NCBI GenBank assembly: GCA_002269645.1 | Contig: NIVC01003586.1 | Coordinates: 25,478 to 89,477, forward strand | From: Macrostomum lignano | Lineage: Eukaryota | DNA length: 64,000 nt | Direction: 5' to 3' | Shown here: positions 40,653 through 64,000 of the stretch, in pieces | Numbering within the stretch: position 1 is the stretch's first letter | Layout: each line of letters opens with the position of its first letter | Position numbers and translations under genes: made by a program | Notes under the pieces: model-generated | Told to the model about the DNA's origin: nothing | Seen by the model: the letters and a program-made list of their open reading frames with translations, nothing else | Database searches by the model: none

Positions 40653-43047
40653 TCAGCCCTCGCGCTTGACCGTGACCACAATATGGCTGAGGCATTTCCC
40701 CATGGCGTTGAAGCAGGGCTCCAGGAACACGGCCAGCAGGATCTCGAAGATGCGCCTCGTGTACCACAGCGAGATTTCATAGGCCTTGATGCTGGGCTGC
40801 CAGCACCAGATGGTGCAGAAGGACAGGCAGGCGAACTCGATGCCCCAGCAGATCGCGGCCGGTATGGCGCAGATCAAAGAGGTGATGCGGTAGCACCAGA
40901 GCTTCGTGGAGCTGAACACCTGGGGTGGCGAAGAAGAGGTTCGATAGTCAATGTCTGGTTTAGCAGTTGCTAAGTCTTGCACTGAGGGCTTCGTCAAGTC
41001 CGGCACTGTAGGCTTAGTCTCTTATAATGTCCTGCACTAAACGTGTCATCAAGTCCTGCACTAAACGTGTCATCAAGTCCTACCCTAAACCTGTCATCAA
41101 GTCCTGCACTAAATGTGTCATCAAGTCCTACCCTAAACCTGTCATCAAGTCCTTCAATTTTTGAACAGGTCCAGCGCTAACAAAGCTACCAATGCCCTGC
41201 ACTAAATTAGTTGCCTGGTAAGTCTTGTCTGCTCCAGGACCCTACAACAAAAATACTGATAATGATGCTGATCTTCTCACCTTGTAGCTGAGCACCCAGA
41301 CTCCATCAAAGCTGAACACAGTTGGGTCAGGCTCGGCGATTATGTCCTCAAATTTTACCTGTGAAAGATCGAATCGTGGGGGGAGATATTCGAAAAAGCT
41401 GCTACGAATTAATCTTTTTTCAAACCGATTTTCAAACAGCTACAACGGGATTCGAACCCCGGGAACCATCAGGCGCTACCTTCAAGTGTTGATTAATCTC
41501 TTTTGGATCGCGATCGGTCACGCTGAGGTCCTTCTCCTCCAGCTTGACTTCAACCTGTTCACCACCCACTGCGGCGGCCATTTCTAGTTCGCGTTAATCC
41601 CTTGATTAGACTGATACGTGAATTCAGAATGGGGATTTAGTCTGCTGGGAAAGCCTGGGTGAGGGGAATGACAGAAGCGAAAGCGGCGGAGCAGAGTTGA
41701 AAAATGCTCTGGGGACAAGCTTTACATAGCCGCAATGGCTGTGGGAATGGTGAGGGAGAGAGGGGAGGGGAGAGAATGGGGAATACATAGGATTGGCTCC
41801 CCTATGTAATAGCTGCTCCCCTGCCACTCGTTCTGTGCAAACACGATGCCAGCCCCTGAGGCGAGACTAAACAAAGCATTTTGGGGCAGCAAGGCCAAGG
41901 GCTACGCCCAGTGCACTGCTAGGGCACACGCCCCACCCTTGGCCATTGCTGCGTGTCTCAGACTTGGCTATGACCTCCCTCCACCTGCCAGAGAGTCGGA
42001 GACTCTCGCCAGAGGGGGGGGGGGTCAGTGTGCAAGTTGGGACGCAAACTGCTTGTCGGGCTGATCCGCTCGATACTTTTCCCCCATGCAGCAGATTAGT
42101 GTAGCTATTCATCCCCACCCCCTAGTTCACACACTGCAGTGAGTCTCAACTTTTTGAAAGCACTAACAGGCCACACTTGGGGGGGGGGCTTCAATCCAAT
42201 ACTCTTGCCTTCATACTTACTTGAGCGAAAGACTGAGCAAGAGTAGAGTATAGCTATAGGTAGAGCGACAGTGAGGCAGAGGCGGGAAGAGGAAGCGGGG
42301 GTGAGGCCATTGTGCATCGATTTGTTAGGGGGGGGGGGGCTTCATCCGCCGTTTCTTAATAATGCACTTCTCACCTACGAGTACGAACAAGAACGAGCGT
42401 ACAGAGGGGACTTAATAACTGAGACTAATGAGAAAGTGGGGTGGGGAGACGCACTGAATCTAGCTATACTCAAAACAACTTAATGCTTAAAAAACTCTAA
42501 TCCATCTGACAGCTGGATAACACTTGCATAATAAACTAACTAAGTTCCCAATTGTGGCACCAATTTATTTTGAGGAAATTAACCAACTTCATACTAGACA
42601 AAATCAGTTTGTCAATGATACTACTACTACTACTATATATTATCTACATAATAAACGATATTTTGCTCGCAAAATGTTATATATACTACTGTTGCTAGTA
42701 GGCTATTCAGGCATCGCCTCACTCACCCTACAGTGGCTGTTAAGTCCTTCTGGATCGCGAGACACAACGTCCAAATTGTCGGCTCGGAACTGCTCAAAGC
42801 GCACTCTGTTTCCGGCTACCTTGGGCACCGATGGCACCAGCCGCTTTGACCAAGGCTGCTGCTGCTGATGCGACTTGCCTTTGAAATTGAATCTGCTTGG
42901 CTGCTCCTGGGCAGAGTCCGGGCTATAGTCTTCCTCAGGCACGGCAAAGTGAGGATTGTTATGCAAACTATTGGTGTTTATATTAATATTGCTGCCCATA
43001 TTGTTAGGGTGGGTTCCGACACTGTTCATAGCAAAGTTGGTATGCAT
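40653..43047 (-). CDS. CAV: Caveolin; exons 43047-42727, 41358-41281, 40919-40653 (221 aa)
   Basis: Spliced product LDVVSRDPEGLNSHCR|VKFEDIIAEPDPTVFSFDGVWVLSYK|VFSSTKLWCYRITSLICAIPAAICWGIEFACLSFCTIW matches the caveolin signature (FEDxIAEP), scaffold and intramembrane domains. All introns GT-AG, phase 0. Confidence 0.95.
41025..41155. repeat. Minisatellite, 24-bp unit GTGTCATCAAGTCCTGCACTAAAC, in caveolin intron 2
   Basis: About 5 units. Confidence 0.85.
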
Positions 43048-43794
43048 TTTTATCTTTGGCTACTGCCGAGGTCCAATGCAGAACTTCAACCGCAGGGGTG
43101 AGATTTGAAGTGACAAGAATACTCGGCCTCAAATGGCGTGTATTTTTTTTATCTTATTCGTACTCGTATAAAAGCTGCTGCCAGTAAGTGTCATCCTATA
43201 TTGCGATTCAGCGCCACCGCACCCCACGTTGGCAGACAGAGAGCCAGTCGGCGATCGGCTATTGGTCCACGCGCTGTTAGCCAATGAGCGGAGAGGGAGG
43301 GGTGGGGGCACGGCTGTACTGTGAGGCGTGAGGTGGCTAGGCGAGATGGGTTAGAAATGAAGGCGCGGGGTGGCAGCTAGCAGCCAACAGGGCTCAATGG
43401 CTGTTTGTTCTGAAATCATTGGGTTGCGAGCTCATGCGTAAACTAATTTAATGGAAAACTGTTTATGAAGCTTCTTTAATTAATAAACATAATGCACTGC
43501 TCGAATCAGTGCGGTGTAGTTAAATATTTAAAAAATACAGGTATATGTATATGGATGTATTAACAGAAATATGAAACTTTTTCTTAGAAAACAGCGACTA
43601 TAAAAAAGAATGGCTGTCACAGCCATCAAGCAATTATGCAAAATTGCAGTTTTTACTAGAATAAAATAATATCTTCAGAACTTCAACCCAATTTTTTAAT
43701 AGAAATAAGGACTCAAGTGAGACTTAAACAAATACCCCAAAATCCTCTGGTGATGGAGATGAGAAAAAAGACAGGGACAGGACAATACGGAGAC

Positions 43795-43922
43795 ATGATC
43801 GAAGACATGAAGACACGGGGACATGAAGACACGGGGACATGAAGACACGGGGACATGAAGACACGGGGACATGAAGACACGGGGACATGAAGACACGGGG
43901 ACATGAAGACACGGGGACATGA
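43795..43922. repeat. Minisatellite, 16-bp unit ACATGAAGACACGGGG
   Basis: About 8 units just 3' of the GPCR stop. Confidence 0.9.
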
Positions 43923-44010
43923 GTGTACATATTAGAACATGATCGGAAACGAAGACACAATGGCACGGGGCCAGGTCAGGAGGACATGAAAACATGATGT
44001 CAAGTCGGTT

Positions 44011-56122
<12,112 letters not shown>

Positions 56123-56689
56123 GACTGCTACGGATGACCCCTCGCCTGGTTACTATCCATGGGCTCATGGGAATTTATAGTCATGCATTCCGCTGCCAGC
56201 TGATTGGCTCACGGCTGGCCAAATAACAGAATTTTTCATTCATTCCCCGCCACCTACTGCTGCCGTCTCCGAGCGCCGCGATCCAGCGCTGGCTCAGCAA
56301 CTGGGAGCAATGAAGCAATTGTAATTTCATTTTTCGTCCCGCCCACCAGCCAGCTTCCCAATCCACAGGCCGCTTCGTTACTCCTTGCTTCTTCTTCTTC
56401 TGCTCTGCAGTCTGAGCGAATCTCGGGTCGGCCGCTAATTCGCACAAGAAAATATCCCAAATGCTCATGTATAGAAGTATATGGGAATTATCTTTGCCCG
56501 GTAAATGCATGTAGGCTGGGAGGCAGCGAAAGTTGGGGGCCGATTATTTTGTCTGGAAAGTCTGGTAGGGGGGAAGGGGGCTGGCATCAATGCCGAAAAA
56601 TTGGAGCCTTAAAGTAAGCAAAGTACAGTAAGGAAAGTACAGCATGTACGCATGAGTAGTTAGGGTTGGCTCAAGCTGTATCTGACCCG

Positions 56690-57075
56690 TATTGTCTAAG
56701 ACCCGATTTGTCTATGACCGAATCGTCTATGCCCGAATTGTCTATGACCGAATCGTCTATGACCCGAATTGTCTATGACCCAAATTGTCTGTGAACCCAA
56801 TCGTCTATGACCCGAATTGTCTATGACCCAAATTGTCTGTGAACCGAATCGTCTATGAGCCGAATTGTCTATGACCGAATCGTCTAAGACCCGAATTGTC
56901 TATGACCCAAATTGTCTGTGAACCCAATCGTCTATGACCCGAATTGTCTACAACACAAACTGTCCATGAACAAAATGATCTATAACTTTTTTTTTCTATG
57001 ACCCAAATTGTCTTTGAGACAAACTTTCTATGATCTATGAGCAAACCTGTCTATGACCTATCTAAACTGTCTGTG
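56690..57075. repeat. Minisatellite, 15-16-bp unit GAATTGTCTATGACC (related to the reverse complement of 53930-55635)
   Basis: Reverse complement GGTCATAGACAATTC shares the TCATAGACA core. Confidence 0.9.
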
Positions 57076-57529
57076 ACCGGGAGCCCCAACTGCATTAGTT
57101 CTGTGCCATAAATGCAGTAGAATAGTTTATGGTCCAATCTCCAATATCCTTCATCGCAATGCTAGAATCTGAATGACCTATAAAAATAATTGTTTCAATA
57201 GATTTATAGAAATTTTAGCACAAAAGAAAATTCTAAAATCCAAGTTCTTAAAGGTGACAACATCGATTATTTTGAATCAGAAAGCTCATTAGTAGCCCTT
57301 CTTAATGATTCGATCAATATGAAACGACTGTTTCAGAAAGTTCTAAATCCCCATCCCGACTAATTAACTCCCAGACAGTCAGACAGCTCACGGATGGTCA
57401 AGTCAGGATTAAACGAAGTTTAACTATTAATTAAAGAAAGAACAGGCTGGTGAACTGGTATATTTTAAAAAAAACTATAAGAACTTTTTTGCTCTACTGT
57501 AGGGGACTGTACAATCTGAGATATAGAGT

Positions 57530-58440
57530 TTATGCCGGTCATATATCTGAGATCTAGAAAGTTAATACCAGCCATATATCTGAGATATAGAAAGTTTAAG
57601 CCGGTCATATATCCGAGATCTAGAAAGTTTATGGCAGTTATATATCTGAGATCTAGAAAGTTTATGCCGGTCATATATCTGAGATCTAGAAAGTTAATAC
57701 CAGCCATATATCTGAGATATAGAAAGTTTAAGCCGGTCATATATCCGAGATCTAGAAAGTTTATGGCAGTTATATATCTGAGATCTAGAAAGTTTATGCC
57801 GGTCATATATCTGAGATCTAGAAAGTTTATGCCGGTCATATATCTGAGATCTAGAAAGTTTATGCCGGTCATATATCTGAGATATAGAAAGTTTATGCCG
57901 GTCATATATCTGAGATATAGAAAGTTTATGCCGGTCATATATCTGAGATCTAGAAAGGTTATGCCAGCCATATATCTGAGATATAGAAAGTTTATGTCGG
58001 TCATATATCTGAGATCTAAAAAGTTTATGCCGGTCATATATCTGAGATCTAGAAAGTTTATGGCAGTCATATATCTGAGATCTAGAAAGTTTATGACTGT
58101 CATACTGCAATTCTGGGATCTAGAAAGTTTATGACTGCCATACTGCAATTCTGAGATCTAGAAAGTTTATGGCTATCATATATCGGAGATCTAGAAAGTT
58201 TATGGCAGTTATATATCTGAGATCTAGAAAGTTTATGGCTGTCATACTGCAATTCTGAGATCTAGAAAGTTTATGGCTGTCATATATCAGAGATCTAGAA
58301 AGTTTATGACAGTTATATATCTGAGATCTAGAAAGTTTATGGCTGTCATACTGCAATTCTGAGATCTAGAAAGTTTATGGCTGTCATACTGCAATTCTGA
58401 GATCTAGAAAGTTTATGCTGTCATACTGCAATTCTGAGAT
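57530..58440. repeat. Minisatellite, 33-bp unit ATATATCTGAGATCTAGAAAGTTTATGCCGGTC
   Basis: About 27 units. Confidence 0.95.
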
Positions 58441-58769
58441 CTTGCTCGCAGGTGAAATCGGGGCCAAAACCTGTTGCTAAATTTAGCAACAAGAAATCGT
58501 GTTTCCGCCTTGTTCAGTCATGCGACGCAGACAATAGAAGCCGAAAATCAATAAGCATTTACCCGCACCGATCGATGCCGATCAAGAACAAAAGGAATTC
58601 GGGAGTCACTCAGCACGCTACAGTTGTCAATCTCTGTGGTTGTCTATTGATTGTTGCCATGCAATCTGTGCTCAATGGGGCTTGACAACTTACCTGAAAT
58701 AAATTTTACGCTTGATAAAGATAGAAAAACTAATGAAAATAGCTTAGAAGATATGAGTCGAAAAGAAGG

Positions 58770-59895
58770 AATGATGGATGGGATAGAAGAAATGATTGAT
58801 GTTGAAGGGATAGAAGGAATGATAGATGGAATGATAGAAGGGATAGAAGGGATGATAGATGGAATAGAAGGAATGATAGAAGGGACGATAGATGGGGATA
58901 GAAGGGATGGAAGGAATGATAGAAGGATAGAAGGAATGATAGAAGGGATAGAAGGAATGATAGAAGTGATGGAAGGAATGATAGAAGGGATGGAAGGAAT
59001 GATAGAAGGGATGGAAGGAATGATAGAAGGCATAGAAGGAATGATAGAAGGGATAGAAGGAATGATAGAAGGGATAGAAGGAATGATAGAAGGGATAGAA
59101 GGAATGATAGATTGGATAGATGGGATAATAGAAGCGATAGAAGGGATGATAGAAGGGATAGAAGGAATGATAGAAGGGATAGAAGGAATGATAGAAGGCA
59201 TAGAAGGAATGATAGAAGGGATAGAAGGAATGATAGAAGGGATAGAAGGAATGATAGAAGGGATAGAAGGAATGATAGAAGGGATAGAAGGAATGATAGA
59301 AGGATAGAAGGAATGATAGAAGGATAGAAGGAATGATAGATGGATAGATGGGATAATAGATGAGGTAGAAGGGATGATAGATGGAATAGAAGGAATGATA
59401 GAAGGATAGAAGGAATGATAGAAGGATAGAAGGAATGATAGAAGTGATGAGAGGAATGATAGAATGATGGAAGGATGATAGAAGGCATAGAAGGATGATA
59501 GAAGGGATAGAAGGAATGATAGAAGGGATAGAAGGAATGATAGAAGGGATAGAAGGAATGATAGATTGGATAGATGGGATAATAAGCGATAGAAGGGATG
59601 ATAGAAGGGATGGAAGGAATGATAGAAGGGATAGAAGGAATGATAGAAGGATAGAAGGAATGATAGAAGGGATAGAAGGAATGATAGAAGGGATAGAAGG
59701 AATGATAGAAGGGATAGAAGGAATGATAGAAGGGATAGAAGGAATGATAGAAGGGATAGAAGGAATGATAGAAGGGATAGAAGGAATGATAGATTGGATA
59801 GATGGGATAATAGATGAGGTAGAAGGGATGATAGATGGAATAGAAGGAATGATAGAAGGGATAGAAGGAATGATAGAAGGGATAGAAGGAATAGA
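58770..59895. repeat. Purine-rich minisatellite, 21-bp unit GATAGAAGGAATGATAGAAGG
   Basis: Tandem units with strongly strand-asymmetric A/G content. Confidence 0.95.
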
Positions 59896-60534
59896 ACTTT
59901 TACAAGTTGGAGTTTGTGACGCAGCCCGGAAGCAGTTGCAATTCAATCATGCAATTGGGGCAGGCACTGCGGCTAAATAGGGTACAAGGAGTGCCCAATG
60001 CTCCACTTAGTACAATAAAAAGCACCGCCAGACAGGGCTGGTCCAGAGAGGCTAAAAGGATGAGCTAGCCCCCGTGTTACTCGCCAGATTTTGCCTAGGT
60101 CTTCTTCTTCAGCAACTAGGAGAAAAAGAGAGAGGGTAAGAAGGAGCATCCGACACGGGATAAGCTGCAATAGGGAAAAAATGTGTTTTCCCAATTTCTG
60201 ATCACCCGCCTTTTTCCAAATTGAGCAACTGCGTAGGCGAGTCCTGAGGGAACAGAGTTTAAGAAGGACAGCTTCAGAATTGGAAATGAAAAAAATTGAA
60301 GAGAAATCTGCTTAGTGGGCTGGGGAAGATGGGAGAGCTGCCACCAGTTGGAGCACTGGGATTTTATCTCCTCAGTAGACTCAGAAATACGTTAGCCATT
60401 AAATCATGGCTACTTCTTTACGCTTTTCCTGAGCATTGCCGCTTTATAAGAATACGCATACGACTTTCCCCCTATAGTGCTCGGCCCGTTCGCCAGCTTG
60501 AGAATTACAGATGGCTGGGGAGGGGAGTGGCTGA

Positions 60535-61150
60535 AATTCAGGGAGGGAATGAGAGTCCAGAATAAACTCAGGGAGGGAATGAGAGTCCAGAATGAACTAA
60601 GGGAGGGGTTGAGAGGCCAGAATGAACTCAGGGAGGGGGTGAGAGTCCAGAATGAACTAAGGGAGGGGTTGAGAGTCCAGAATGAACTAAGGGAGGGGTT
60701 GAGAGTCCAGAATGAACTCAGGGAGGGGGTGAGGTCCAGAATGAACTAAGGGAGGGGTTGAGAGTCCAGAATGAACTCATGGAGGGGGTGAGAGTCCAGA
60801 ATGAAATCAGGAAGGGGGTGAGAGTCCATAATAAACTCAGGGAGGGAATGAGAGTCCAGAATGAACTAAGGGAGGGGTTGAGAGTCCAGAATGAACTCAG
60901 GGAGGGAATGAGAGTCCAGAATGAAATCAGGAAGGGGGTGAGAGTCCAGAATTAACTCAGGGAGGGGGTGAGAGTCCAGAATGAAATCAGGAAGGGAATG
61001 AGAGTCCAGAATGAAATCAGGAAGGGGTGAGAGTCCAGAATAAAATCAGGAAGGGGGTGAGAGTCCAGAATGAACTCAGGGAGGGAATGAGAGTCCAGAA
61101 TGAACTCATGGAGGGGGTGAGAGTCCAGGATGAACTCAGGGAGGGGGTTA
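60535..61150. repeat. Minisatellite, 30-bp unit GAGAGTCCAGAATGAACTCAGGGAGGG..
   Basis: About 20 units. Confidence 0.95.
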
Positions 61151-61764
61151 AGAGCACATTTTGACAGCCGCACGAATGAATCGTAGTTTTTTAAGATTGT
61201 ACGAGTATATGAAAAATATTTATAAAAAACGAAGTCTAAAAGTCATTTAGCAACTTTTCATCAGAAATCGCAGAATCCTGCAGCCAAACTTGACAGATAG
61301 CAATTGCTATCGAACTATTCAAGCACTGAAGCTATGAAGAATTCTTTCGCCAAACTCAACTCAACAACTGAAACTGTTACCTGCTAAAAGGGCACACTTC
61401 TGTATAATTGAATGCAATAGCTTAAGAGTTACTCGAGGTTGAAAGGACAAATACAGTACAGGACTGTGCCTACATTGACTATCAACATTTTTTTGAAAAC
61501 TTAACTCGAGCAGAGATGGGGCTGTTAACTTTATTAATAATAATACATCAAATAGTACATCAAAGTAACTCGTCACAAAACCGTCTTAAGGCCGGTTCCA
61601 ATTTGCTTGTCTCATTTTGGACCAACCATTTGCGATGAGCAGAATACAGCAACCAATATGCGAAGTGCCGGAAATGAGTTGTAGACAGATATCGCGCCAA
61701 ATCTGTACGCAGACACGCACTCATCACACGCTCACACAGGGTGCCAGTGACCTCTCAGCAATAT

Positions 61765-62250
61765 TCCATGAGCCTTGAAATCTCAGCAATTCCCCATGAG
61801 CCTTGAAATCAGCAATTTCCCCATTAGCCTTGAAATCTCAGCAATTCCCCCATTAGCCTTGAAATCTCAGCAATTCCCCATTAGCCTTGAAATCTCAGCA
61901 ATTCCCCATTAGCATTGAAATCTCAGCAATTCCCCCATTAGCCTTGAAATCTCAGCAATTCCCCCATGATGCCTTGAAATCTCAGCAATTACCCCCATGA
62001 GCCTTTGAAATCTCAGCAATTCCCCCATTAGCCTTGAAATCTCAGCAATTCCCATTAGCATTGAAATCTCAGCAATTCCCCCCATTAGCCTTGAAATCTC
62101 AGCAATTCCCCCATGAGCCTTGAATATCAGCAATTACCCCCATGAGCCTTGAAATCTCAGCAATTCCCCCATAGCTTGAAATCTCGCAATTCCCCCATTA
62201 GCCTTGAAATCTCAGCAATTCCCCCCATGAGCCTTGAAATCTCAGCAATT
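61765..62250. repeat. Minisatellite GCCTTGAAATCTCAGCAATTCCCC(C)ATTA, same family as 7410-7690
   Basis: Unit differs from the TDP2-intron unit by few bases, same orientation. Confidence 0.92.
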
Positions 62251-62292
62251 TCCAAAGCCACAGAATTCCAGCAATTGCCTTTGTGATAGCAA

Positions 62293-62805
62293 TCATATTG
62301 TAAGTAACACAGATAGCACATTGTCAAGATTTTTCAACTCGCAATTGCAAAGGGTACGGGCAGGCGGCAAGTCATCGGGGCCAGCGCGGCGACTCCGCTG
62401 CCAGTTCAGCACCTCAAGCCGGTAGCCGTGGCGGGCCAGCCTGCAGGCAAGTTGACTCCAGAGCTCTGCCGGTGCGCAGTACGCGTACAGCCGAGCTGCC
62501 GGCATGAGTTCAACTACTGTACTGGCCGGGCCGGGCTTCAAGAGCCGATCAATCAGCAGGTCAATGTCCGCACAGCCGCTAAGTCGTCCGGGAGACTGTC
62601 CGAGGCGCCGCTAGCATTAGCCGAGGTCAGAGCCACTGGCCGGCGAATTCGACGGCACAGAGCCAGGATGAACGGTGGTCGGGCACGCGGATGCGACGGC
62701 TGAGACGGGATTGAGCCGGTCGCTTAGGCGGGGGCCGCGCGCAGCACCAGAGTAACTGGCCGGGCAGCAGGTCTTTGAGCAGAGCGGCGTTAACGCTGCA
62801 GCCGC
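62293..62805 (-). pseudogene. Putative terminal coding exon with about two frameshifts (pseudogene or assembly indels), product unknown
   Basis: GC-rich block after acceptor CATCGCAG|. Protein-like stretches switch frames: GGCSVNAALLKDLLPGQLLW..WLCAVEFAGQWL / TSANASGASDSLPDDLAAV / DIDLLIDRLLKPG..ELWSQLACRLARHGYRLEVLNW..NVLSVLLTI*. Confidence 0.35.
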
Positions 62806-62904
62806 CTGCGATGCATGATTATGGCTCTGTATTAAGCAAATATTTATTTGGAGATTTATGCCGTTAGACACTCACACTTCAAACTTAAAACTGCTCAACA
62901 GCGC

Positions 62905-64000
62905 TCAATGAAACGACCCTTTTATGACACGGACTCAATGAAACGGCCCTTTGAGACACGGACTCAATGAACGGCTCTTTTAGGAACGGACTCAATGAAA
63001 CGGCCCTTTTGAGACACGGACTCAATGAAACGGCCCTTTTTGAGACACGGACTCAATGAAACGGCTCTTTTAGGAACGGACTCAATAAAATCTTTTAGGA
63101 CACGGACTCAAAAAAGCTCTTTTAGGACACGGACTCAATAAAAGCTCTTTAGGACACGGACTCATAAAACAGCTCTTTTAGGACACGGACACAATAAAAA
63201 CAGCTCTTTTAGGACACGGACTCAATAAAACAGCTCTTTTAGGACACGGACCCAATAAAACACAGCTCTTTTAGGACACGGACTAATAATAAAGCTCTTT
63301 TAGGACACGGACAATAAAACAGCTCTTTTAGACACGGACTCAATAAAACAGCTCTTTTAGGACACGGACTCAATAAAACAGCTCTTTTAGGACACGGACC
63401 AATAAAACAGCTCTTTTAGGACACGGACAATAAAAACTTTTTAGGACACGCAATAAAACAATGTCTTTTAGGACACGGACTCAATAAAACAGCTCTTTTA
63501 GGACACGGACTCAATGAACGGCCCTTTTGAGACACGGACTCAATGAAACGGCTCTTTTAGGACACGGAATAAAACAGCTCTTTTAGACACGGACTCAATA
63601 AAACAGCTCTTTTAGGAACGGACTCAATAAAACAGTCTCTTTTAGGACACGGAAATAAAAACAGCTCTTTTAGGACACGGACTCATAAAAAGCTCTTTTA
63701 GGAAACACGACCAATAAAACAGCTCTTTTAGGACACGGACTCAATAAAACAGCTCTTTTAGGACACGGACTCAATAAAAAGCTCTTTTAGGACACGGACC
63801 CAATAAACAGCTCTTTTAGGACACGGACCCAATAAAACAGCTGTTTTAGGACACGGACTCAATACGAGCGTAAAACAGCTCTTTTAGGACACGGACAATA
63901 AAAAGCTCTTTTAGGCACGGACTCAATAAAACAGCTCTTTTAGGACACAGGACTCAATAAAAACAGCTCTTTCAGGACACGGCCAATAAAACAGCTCTTT
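62905..64000. repeat. Minisatellite, ~30-31-bp unit TTTTAGGACACGGACTCAATAAAACAGCTC, runs off the window end
   Basis: Tandem units with many 1-bp indels. Confidence 0.95.

Noticed and set aside
41435-41480. B-box-like GGTTCGAATCCC on the minus strand in caveolin intron 1
   Set aside because: No A box or cloverleaf. At most a SINE or tRNA relic, too short to call.
57245-57310. TTAAAGG...ATCAGAAAG, reminiscent of a Kolobok-type terminus
   Set aside because: No matching opposite TIR found in the window.
58644-59980. IEGM / IPSI repeat ORFs
   Set aside because: Translations of a 21-bp purine-rich satellite.

Overview
Eukaryotic (metazoan) genomic DNA with GT-AG introns, GC-rich Ala/Gly-rich exons, very AT-rich decayed blocks and an extreme load of mini/microsatellites. 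The overall style suggests a free-living flatworm such as Macrostomum, but the organism is an inference. Recognisable spliced genes: iodotyrosine deiodinase IYD (+, 2 exons), tyrosyl-DNA phosphodiesterase TDP2 (-, 2 exons seen), caveolin (-, 3 exons) and a class A peptide-type GPCR (-, 3 exons over 12 kb). Also present: a single-exon C-type-lectin-like membrane protein, an orphan type I membrane protein, a tandem pair of paralogs sharing an unrecognised ~82-aa domain, and a His/Pro-rich terminal exon missed by the ORF track. Mobile DNA: a full-length intact RNase H-containing LINE (14-bp TSD, TAATG ORF1/ORF2 overlap), a 3' Penelope-like fragment with GIY-YIG endonuclease and a minimal hammerhead ribozyme, three MITEs, two tRNA-derived CORE-like SINE copies and about 20 tandem arrays. 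Most long low-complexity ORFs in the track are repeat artefacts. Best leads: (1) the ATG-less His/Pro-rich exon, possibly started by a spliced-leader AUG; (2) the orphan-domain paralog pair; (3) a directional C>T/G>A (RIP-like) decay signature between two repeat copies; (4) a hidden GPCR last exon whose acceptor abuts a (TAC)~179 microsatellite. All coordinates, splice sites and alignments were read by hand; no database searches were run.
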